Shown here: one piece after another, positions 13,788 to 20,301 of the stretch
Layout of the letters: the number at the start of each line of letters is the position of its first letter
How positions within the stretch are numbered: position 1 is the stretch's first letter
From: a virus
Length of the DNA: 21,200 bases
Reading direction: 5' to 3' (one strand)
Virus record (IMG/VR): IMGVR_UViG_3300045988_174903
Span: 1 to 21,200 of that record
Program-made: the position numbers and the translations under genes
Notes under the pieces: model-generated
What the model was told of the DNA's origin: nothing
Seen by the model: only the letters and a program-made list of their open reading frames with translations
Databases searched by the model: none

Positions 13788-13892
13788 AAAATCTGTATAT
13801 GTGAGAGGGTCAGATTTGTCAATGGGCCCAGAAAGGAATGAACAAACAGAGTGCTTGATTTGCTAGCTACTTGTCCTCTAGAGTAGACCTGC

Positions 13893-14408
13893 AGGAAAAA
13901 GAAGCAATCACCTACCGCCAACAAGAAAATAGGACGGCCCAGCCTCTATACGGAGGCATTAGCCGACGAGATAGCCTCCCGTTTAGCCAACGGGGAAACG
14001 ATGAAGTCCATTTGCTCGGACGATCACATGCCGGAGGTTTTAACTGTCTGGAGATGGAGGCACGAACGGGAAGAGTTTTGTAAACTCATTCAACGCGCGC
14101 GGGAAGCGCAGTCAGAAGCCATGCTCGACGAGTGTCAGTCTTTGTCAGATGCCGCTGCCCAGGTTGCCCTCGACCCCGAATGCGGATCCGCCTCCGTCGC
14201 TGCCAAGAAGCTCGCCATTGAAACGCGGCTGAAAGTTGCCGCCCGTTTTGCCCCCGAGAAATTCGGCGACCGAGTCCGGCAGGATGTAGCGGGCGTTCCC
14301 GGCGCTCCATTGGAACGCAAAATCACCCTGGACCCCGAGCAGCTTGCCCAGCTCCGGGAAGACGAGAAAACCGCGCTGGAAACCATTGCCGGCAAACTCC
14401 ACCCTTAA
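13893..14408 (+). CDS. terS: Terminase small subunit (start codon unresolved; first ATG is 14001)
   Basis: The in-frame translation from 13893 reads (AGG)KKKQSPTANKKIGRPSLYTEALADEIASRLANGETMKSICSDDHMPEVLTVWRWRHEREEFCKLIQRAREAQSEAMLDE. This is a typical TerS HTH N-terminus, and ATG 14001 would cut it in half. Confidence 0.75.
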   Translation, partial: RKKKQSPTANKKIGRPSLYTEALADEIASRLANGETMKSICSDDHMPEVLTVWRWRHEREEFCKLIQRAREAQSEAMLDECQSLSDAAAQVALDPECGSASVAAKKLAIETRLKVAARFAPEKFGDRVRQDVAGVPGAPLERKITLDPEQLAQLREDEKTALETIAGKLHP

Positions 14409-14414
14409 TCGAGC

Positions 14415-15788
14415 AGGAACCATCTCCCCGTCAGCTTCTTCCTCCGTCACATTCTCGGACTCGATCCTTATCCCTGGCAAATCGAGGCCATCAAGGCATT
14501 GCTTCTTGGAAAGGTGAGGCTGGGAGGTCGAAGCGTGGCCATGGTTGCTCCGAACGGATCGGGAAAGACGAGCCTATCCATTGCGCCCGCAATCCTGTGT
14601 TTCCTTACCTATTTTCCTCGGGGTCAGGTGCCAGTCACGTCATCATCATGGATGCAGGTAGAAAAACAGCTCTTTCCCGCGCTTCGCCGCTATATGGATA
14701 ACCCTTTCTTTGACGGCTGGACATTCAACAAAACCGAAATCCGCACGCCGGAAGGAGGATTTGCCGTGGGATTCTCAACCGACAACGCGGGACGCGCAGA
14801 AGGGTGGCATCCGAAAATCTCGCCCGACGTGGATCCCGTCTTTTACGTCCTGGACGAAGCCAAGACCATTCCCGACTCCATCTTCACCGCTGTTTCCCGC
14901 TGCACGCTCTTCAACGCGTTCATCACCTCGTCGCCGGGTGCCGATTCCGGAACCTTTTACGACTGCTTCCACAAAAATTCATCCCTCTACTACAAAATCC
15001 GCGTTAAATACGAGGATTGCCCGCACATCGAAATCAACGATCCAGGCAAGGCCGAACGCCTGAAAAAAGAATACGGCGAACAGTCCTCCTTCTACCGCTC
15101 GGCCATCCTCGGCGAATTCACGGACCTTGACGGGCAATCCGTCATTTCCCGCCGCGCCATCATGGAGCTGCTCAACAACCCGCCTCCCTTTTTGGACACC
15201 GGGGAGACCTGCGGCGGCTTTGACTTCGCCGCCGGGGGTGATGAGAATGTCTTCGCGGCCGGACAGGGCAACCGTTTTTTCATCGCCGACCACTGGGCCG
15301 ACCCAGACACTGTAGGAGCGCGCGGACGTTTCCGCCGAAAGGCCGCCGAACTCGGCATCTCTGCCGACCGCATCTTTGCCGACGGCGACGGACTGGGGCT
15401 TCCCATCATTGACGACTTCCGGGCTGAGGGTTTCCCCGTGCACTCCTACCGGGGAGGCTTCCCGGCAGATGACACACAAGCCTTTGTCAACCTCCGCGCC
15501 CAAGCATGGAGGGCACTAGCCCGAGCCATCGAAGAAAAAGAGCTCATTCTCGACATCGACGAGGATACCGTTGAGCAACTGGTCGCCCCCCGCCTCCAGA
15601 CGGACGCGATTGGGCGCGTCAAAATCGAGAGCAAGGAGGACATGGCAAAGCGGGGCGTCCGCTCTCCAGACCGTGCTGACGCGCTCGTCATGGCCTGGCA
15701 CGCGCGCCGGCACAGCGGACTTGTCCGGGAGCTTGGGACTTGGTATGCCAGACATCCGGCACAAAAACGCGCCATTGGCAGATATTAG
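14415..15788 (+). CDS. terL: Terminase large subunit (start codon unresolved; first canonical start is TTG 14499)
   Basis: Walker A: VAPNGSGKTS. Walker B: FYVLDEAK. C-terminal nuclease end: SPDRADALVMAW. The conserved-looking LGLDPYPWQIEAIKAL lies upstream of TTG 14499, in the same open frame. Confidence 0.85.
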   Translation, partial: RNHLPVSFFLRHILGLDPYPWQIEAIKALLLGKVRLGGRSVAMVAPNGSGKTSLSIAPAILCFLTYFPRGQVPVTSSSWMQVEKQLFPALRRYMDNPFFDGWTFNKTEIRTPEGGFAVGFSTDNAGRAEGWHPKISPDVDPVFYVLDEAKTIPDSIFTAVSRCTLFNAFITSSPGADSGTFYDCFHKNSSLYYKIRVKYEDCPHIEINDPGKAERLKKEYGEQSSFYRSAILGEFTDLDGQSVISRRAIMELLNNPPPFLDTGETCGGFDFAAGGDENVFAAGQGNRFFIADHWADPDTVGARGRFRRKAAELGISADRIFADGDGLGLPIIDDFRAEGFPVHSYRGGFPADDTQAFVNLRAQAWRALARAIEEKELILDIDEDTVEQLVAPRLQTDAIGRVKIESKEDMAKRGVRSPDRADALVMAWHARRHSGLVRELGTWYARHPAQKRAIGRY

Positions 15789-15790
15789 GG

Positions 15791-15834
15791 TTGACAATAT
15801 ATCAACATATCTATATGTGTTGATTTATATTCAA
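15791..15834. repeat. AT-rich imperfect palindrome in the TerL-portal spacer
   Basis: ATCAACATAT (15801-15810), CTAT, ATGTGTTGAT (15815-15824). The flanks TTGACAATAT / TTATATTCAA partly extend it. It contains TTGACA at 15791-15796. Confidence 0.6.
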
Positions 15835-16031
15835 TCGCAGGGTAGTGAAACGGTATCATATGAGGTTCCTGTCCTCATGTCGGAGGTCCAACTCCTCCCC
15901 CTGCAACCAACCTTTTCTTTTCCTCCCGCCGCAGGTTTAACGCCGTCCGAAATATCCTCAACGCCCCGAAGCTGGTCGCCCAACAGGAGACCAGAATCAA
16001 GGAGCTGGAAACAGACCTCGCCCGGCAAGCC

Positions 16032-17297
16032 TTGACGGACCGGAGCCGCACTCCTGGCCGCCCTCAATGGTTTGAATACTGGGACCCTCTTCAGGGCGCC
16101 GGCTTGCAAACACTTATCGATGCACGCAACGAAGCCAGACGCGGCGCCTTTGCGCGGCAAATGCTCATCTGGGACGAGGTTATCTACTCGGACGGACTTC
16201 TGGGCATGCTCTACTCCCGGTTGATTGAAAGCGTTTCCATGCAGGGCTGGAAGATTGACGCCGCGGACGACAGCCCGGAAGCCCAGCAGCAGAAAAACGC
16301 CCTGGAAGAATTCTACAACTCCGTCAACGGACTTCAGCAGTCCTTCGGGCATCTGGCCTCCGCTCTGTTCTACGGCTACGCCCACCTCCAATATATTGAG
16401 GACGCCTGGGGCCGGAGGTTTGAATTCATTCCCCAGCGTTACTGGGTGCGGCCCGGGGAACTTAATGAGTGGCAATTTAACCCCCACTGTTATATCGGCG
16501 TCGATACCGGGGAAAGTGTGGAAGACGAAACTCTCGTCGTGATGGAGCACCGTTACCCCATCCTGTTCCCTGCTTCCCGCGCATCCTTTGAGCGCAACCA
16601 CGCCAAGATGATCTGGGACAACCACATGGACCGTTACGGCTCCGCCCCGGCTATTATCACAGCCCCCAAGGAGGCAAGCGCCGCTGTTATGGACGCACTT
16701 GAGCGCGCCTGCGAAGAGCTCAAGTCTGGCGCATCCGTCGTCCTGCCTCCCGGCTGTACAGCAGAACCTCTCAAGGCATCCTCCATCAACGAAAACTACT
16801 TCCTATCCCGCATCAACATGGCCGACAAGGATCAGGTGCGGTTTGTGATGGCAGGAACCTTGACTGTTCTGAATGAATCGGGCTCCGGCACGCTGGCCGG
16901 GTCTGCCCATACGGACAGCTGGAACTCGGTGGTCTCCGCCGTGTGCTCCAAGGTAGCGGAAGCTTTTAACGCCTCCATCAGCCCGCTGGTGCTGAGAGAC
17001 GGCGAACCGCTGGCCCGCCTCCAAATCACCTTTGACACCGTTCAGACGCCGCTGCAGAAGGCCGAGGAAATTGCCGCTCTTGCGGATGGAGGCGTCCGTC
17101 CCGAGAAAACCGAAATCGAAGAAAAGATCGGCATGTCCATCGAAGACGCGAAGGCAGCCGATCCCGCAGCGGCTGCCGTCAACCGGGAACCGGAAGGCAC
17201 ATACATCCCCGCCGACGCTTACGAGCAGCTGCAGCAGCTCATTTATACCGGGCTCATGAAAGGATTTAGCGATGATCAGTACCAAACAAATCAATGA
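16032..17297 (+). CDS. Portal protein, Mu gp29-like (DUF935 family); may start upstream (open frame back to 15864)
   Basis: N-terminal LQTLIDARNEARRGAFARQMLIWDEVIYSDGLLGMLYSRLIESV...WKI matches my recollection of the DUF935 pattern. Size and position (after TerL, before the protease) also fit. Confidence 0.75.
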   Translation: MTDRSRTPGRPQWFEYWDPLQGAGLQTLIDARNEARRGAFARQMLIWDEVIYSDGLLGMLYSRLIESVSMQGWKIDAADDSPEAQQQKNALEEFYNSVNGLQQSFGHLASALFYGYAHLQYIEDAWGRRFEFIPQRYWVRPGELNEWQFNPHCYIGVDTGESVEDETLVVMEHRYPILFPASRASFERNHAKMIWDNHMDRYGSAPAIITAPKEASAAVMDALERACEELKSGASVVLPPGCTAEPLKASSINENYFLSRINMADKDQVRFVMAGTLTVLNESGSGTLAGSAHTDSWNSVVSAVCSKVAEAFNASISPLVLRDGEPLARLQITFDTVQTPLQKAEEIAALADGGVRPEKTEIEEKIGMSIEDAKAADPAAAAVNREPEGTYIPADAYEQLQQLIYTGLMKGFSDDQYQTNQ

Positions 17298-18393
17298 CCT
17301 GTCCAATCCCGCCAACGGCTGGTTCCACGTCGAGAAAAGCGGAGATCATGAGGTCGACTACGGCGAGGGGCCTGCGGTGCTCCGCATAGACGAGCAGGCG
17401 ATCAAGTCCATGGTGGATGAATTCAACTCCCGCACCTTTGACGGGCCCGGCATGCTCATTGACGGCGACCACTTGAGCCATGACCTTTCACGCGACACTC
17501 GCGCTCTCGGATGGCTCAAGCGGCTGGACACCTACCGCGATCCTTCCGGCGCGTTGGAGTTGTACGGCTTCATCGAATGGACGCCACGCGGGCAGCAAAT
17601 GCTGGCCGACAAAGAATATACGCAATCCTCCACTGAATACGGAGAGGGCATGACGTTCGAGGGCGGCATTTACCGTCCCGCCAAGCTGACAGGCTTCGCC
17701 CTGACCAACCGTCCCCGAATTAAGGGGAAGCGCCCTCTGGTCAACCGACAGACTTCCCCCGCCTCCACGGAGACCGGGGGCGAACAACAAAGCCCCGAAC
17801 AGGGGGAAAACAACCCAGAAACCAATATGGAAAACGACGATAGAGAATATCCGTCCAAGGAAATGGACAAGGCCCAGCGGGCCCTGTTTGATTCCCTGCT
17901 TGACAAGCTGGATGTCGAATTTGACGGCACCGACGACATGAGCAGGGACATCCTCGGACGCCTCGATGAACTGCTCTCGCTGGAAAAGCGGGAGAAAGAC
18001 CACGTGAACGCCGAAGTGGACGACGCCGTCAGCACGTATGAAAACGAGCTGGACGAGGAAGAGCGCAAGGAATTCACGGAAGAACGCCGGGAAGAGCTGA
18101 AAAACTCTCTCCGGGAAAGTCCGGCCGCACTGGGCGCCTTTGTCAAGGCTCTCAATCGGTCCGCGAAGTCAAAGCCGCCGCATGACGTTGTTGACGAAAG
18201 CCGCCGAAATCCAGCTGGAAGAACGTCCTTGAACCGCCGCGCTACCCAGGCGCCGCCCAATCCGTTCCGCAAGAAGGAATCCATCGACGGATTCCAGAAC
18301 CGCGTCGACGAATTAATGAAGGGCGGCATGAAGCGGTACGACGCCTTCCAGAAAGCCACCGAAGAAGGCTACATTGTAACCTCCGAACGATAA
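17272..18393 (+). CDS. Mu gpI-like head maturation protease fused to a scaffold-like charged C-terminal half
   Basis: GWFHV...GDH...IDGDHLSH...ALGWLKRL...LYGFIEWTPRGQQMLADKEY...LTNRPRI resembles Mu-like prophage protein I (PF10123). The C-terminal half is E/K/D-rich and looks coiled-coil. Confidence 0.7.
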   Translation: MISTKQINDLSNPANGWFHVEKSGDHEVDYGEGPAVLRIDEQAIKSMVDEFNSRTFDGPGMLIDGDHLSHDLSRDTRALGWLKRLDTYRDPSGALELYGFIEWTPRGQQMLADKEYTQSSTEYGEGMTFEGGIYRPAKLTGFALTNRPRIKGKRPLVNRQTSPASTETGGEQQSPEQGENNPETNMENDDREYPSKEMDKAQRALFDSLLDKLDVEFDGTDDMSRDILGRLDELLSLEKREKDHVNAEVDDAVSTYENELDEEERKEFTEERREELKNSLRESPAALGAFVKALNRSAKSKPPHDVVDESRRNPAGRTSLNRRATQAPPNPFRKKESIDGFQNRVDELMKGGMKRYDAFQKATEEGYIVTSER

Positions 18394-18413
18394 CCCCAAC
18401 CTGATACAAACCA

Positions 18414-18845
18414 ATGCCATCACTCAATGTAACCCAGAAAAGCGCCATCGTCTATTTCAACACCCCGGAGGGTGTTGACCTGTGCGGACAGGAAGGAACC
18501 GTCGTGGCGCTGACCGCCAACCCGGACATCCCCGAGTTTATCGGGACGCCGTTGTCCGCCATCCCTACGCAGACACAGCTGCTCGGCGTAGTCCTGCAAG
18601 GGCAGCCCAACCAGGGAACCTGCGTCGCCGCCCTCGTCGGCATGTACGCCGGCCTGATCAAGGCGGCTCTTTCCGACACGCCGGGCACGATCAACGCCGG
18701 AACGCCCCTCACCATCACGGCCAACGGAGCATGGAAGGCCGCCGCCAGCGGTGAAACCGTCTATGCCCGCGTGATTCACGCCCAGTGGGAACAGGGCATG
18801 GTGGAAATCGGCTTCGTCCCCTCCTACCAGGTCGCGGCTGCGTAA
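18414..18845 (+). CDS. Head decoration / DUF2190-like structural protein
   Basis: 143 aa, Gly/Ala/Thr-rich, located between the protease/scaffold and the major capsid gene. Assignment rests mainly on position and composition. Confidence 0.45.
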   Translation: MPSLNVTQKSAIVYFNTPEGVDLCGQEGTVVALTANPDIPEFIGTPLSAIPTQTQLLGVVLQGQPNQGTCVAALVGMYAGLIKAALSDTPGTINAGTPLTITANGAWKAAASGETVYARVIHAQWEQGMVEIGFVPSYQVAAA

Positions 18846-18879
18846 CATCAACCCCAACCAATAGAAAGACCAAAAAACA

Positions 18880-19803
18880 AGGGCTACTCCATTTTGCTCA
18901 GCCGTCCAGTTCACCGATGTCCTGACCGCCTACTCAGCCGGCTCCGGGAACACCGAAGAGAACTCCATTATCAGCCGCATCGCGCCGATCGTCCCGGTTT
19001 ACGACCTCAATTTCCAGTACAAGGTCTGGGACACGGAATCTGCCTTTACGGTCCAGCCGATCCAGGTGGGACCGGGCGAACCTCCCCGCCAGACCGTCCT
19101 GCGCGGCAGGAACGAAACCGACACCCTTCAGGGGTACGGCTTAACCTTGCCGATTCCGGACGCCTTGCTGGGCGTCAACCGCGAAAAGGCGCAGGCTATC
19201 ACCCTGGCGGAATACAAGCTCATCGAATCACAGTTTGTGACCTCGTATGAATATGAACGCGCCAAGCTCATCACCAGCCAGTTGCCTGCCGCAGCCGGTT
19301 ACGGGGACTGGGCCAACGAACAGAAGAATCCGCTGACGGATCTGGATAATGCCATCCTGTCCATCAATGCGGCGACTGGACACATGCCTAACACCATCGT
19401 CTTTGGCATCAACGCCTGGCAGCTCCTGCGAGCCAACCCCATTGCCAGACAGGTGGTGTCATTCAACAGTGTCGGCCTCTTCAACGAAGACCTGCTCCGC
19501 AATGCGCTGATTCGGCCTATCAGGGATATTTACATCGCAGCCATGCCCTACCGCGACGCTTCCGGCGACGCCAAGACCATCATGGAGAACGAAGTCTATG
19601 TCCTGTACAAGGAAGACTCCCCGACGCAGTTCGACGCCTCTGCCATCAAGACGTTTGGTTTGTCCGGCAAGCTCCGCCGCGAAGTCATCACGGAATACAA
19701 GCCGACGCCCGCTTTGACGCTGGTAACCAACCGCGTCTACTCGCTGACCAAGCTGACCAACCCGTCCGCCATCGTCCGCATCGACGCGACGGCCACGGCT
19801 TAA
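18880..19803 (+). CDS. Major capsid protein (HK97 fold, lambda gpE-like family); start codon unresolved (first canonical start is GTG 19066)
   Basis: NPLTDLDNAILSINAATGHMPNTIVFGINAWQLLRANPIARQVV is the characteristic gpE-family motif. The frame is open and protein-like from 18865 (…SAVQFTDVLTAYSAGSGNTEENSIISRIAPIVPVYDLNFQYKVWD). Confidence 0.8.
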   Translation, partial: RATPFCSAVQFTDVLTAYSAGSGNTEENSIISRIAPIVPVYDLNFQYKVWDTESAFTVQPIQVGPGEPPRQTVLRGRNETDTLQGYGLTLPIPDALLGVNREKAQAITLAEYKLIESQFVTSYEYERAKLITSQLPAAAGYGDWANEQKNPLTDLDNAILSINAATGHMPNTIVFGINAWQLLRANPIARQVVSFNSVGLFNEDLLRNALIRPIRDIYIAAMPYRDASGDAKTIMENEVYVLYKEDSPTQFDASAIKTFGLSGKLRREVITEYKPTPALTLVTNRVYSLTKLTNPSAIVRIDATATA

Positions 19804-19824
19804 CCCACCCAACCCGCCTCCATC

Positions 19825-20301
19825 ATGTCCGCCTTTCCCGCCTGGTCCACCATCACTACGGATGAAGCCGACCGACTCCTCGGCCTCAACACTGCGGAGC
19901 GCGACGCCCTGGTGAAAGCCGGGGAGCTGCGCAGCCTGGACTACCGGGACGTCATGATGGAGGCGGTCAACGATGTCTGCATGGCCATCCGCGGGGCGCT
20001 GGCCAACAACCTCGCCCTGCGGCAATCGCTCCAGAATAGCGGCATGTACGACATCCCGCAGAGCATGCGCTCCCTGGCGTGGCCGCTGATCATCCGGCAG
20101 CTTTACCTGCGCTACCAGATCAACCTGACCGAAACGCGCCAGAAAGCCGCTGAATCGGCCGATGAGATGCTGGCCCGCTATGCACGAGGCGAAATGCTGC
20201 CGGAAAGCGTAGACGGCGCCGCCCCGGCGGACCCCGCCTACATGATGCCGCGCTTCACTCAGCGCCCCTGGTTCAACCCCATGAGAAGCACCTACCGATG
20301 A
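19825..20301 (+). CDS. Head completion / connector-like protein (Mu gp36, DUF1320-like)
   Basis: 158 aa, directly after the capsid gene. The N-terminal segment TDEADRLLGLNTAERDALV resembles DUF1320. This is a weak call. Confidence 0.4.
   Translation: MSAFPAWSTITTDEADRLLGLNTAERDALVKAGELRSLDYRDVMMEAVNDVCMAIRGALANNLALRQSLQNSGMYDIPQSMRSLAWPLIIRQLYLRYQINLTETRQKAAESADEMLARYARGEMLPESVDGAAPADPAYMMPRFTQRPWFNPMRSTYR

Noticed and set aside
13884-14408. Stop-codon reassignment (TAG or TAA read as sense) to explain the interrupted terminase frames.
   Set aside because: TAG, TAA and TGA all terminate well-supported genes elsewhere in the window (for example TAG at 9756 and 11238, TAA at 1744 and 5971, TGA at 6656 and 9229). 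A recoded genetic code is therefore not supported. Only local read-through remains a possibility.
14979-15503. 174-aa minus-strand ORF, and other overlapping ORFs, inside terL.
   Set aside because: These are GC-rich antisense or off-frame shadows. terL has Walker A/B motifs and a nuclease end in the plus frame.
15831-16625. 264-aa minus-strand ORF opposite the portal gene.
   Set aside because: It is antisense to a DUF935-like portal. The composition is Gly/Val/Pro-rich, typical of high-GC shadow frames.
17670-18359. 229-aa Ser-rich minus-strand ORF, and 17488-18003 (171 aa), opposite the protease/scaffold gene.
   Set aside because: Antisense reading of the Glu/Asp/Lys-rich scaffold region produces Ser/Phe-rich low-complexity text. 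There are no independent signals.
18420-20025. Minus-strand ORFs 18420-18914 and 19459-20025, and plus-strand ORFs 18482-18754 and 18894-19250.
   Set aside because: These are Arg/Gly/Pro-rich off-frame products within the decoration and capsid genes. The capsid frame carries the recognisable gpE-like motif.
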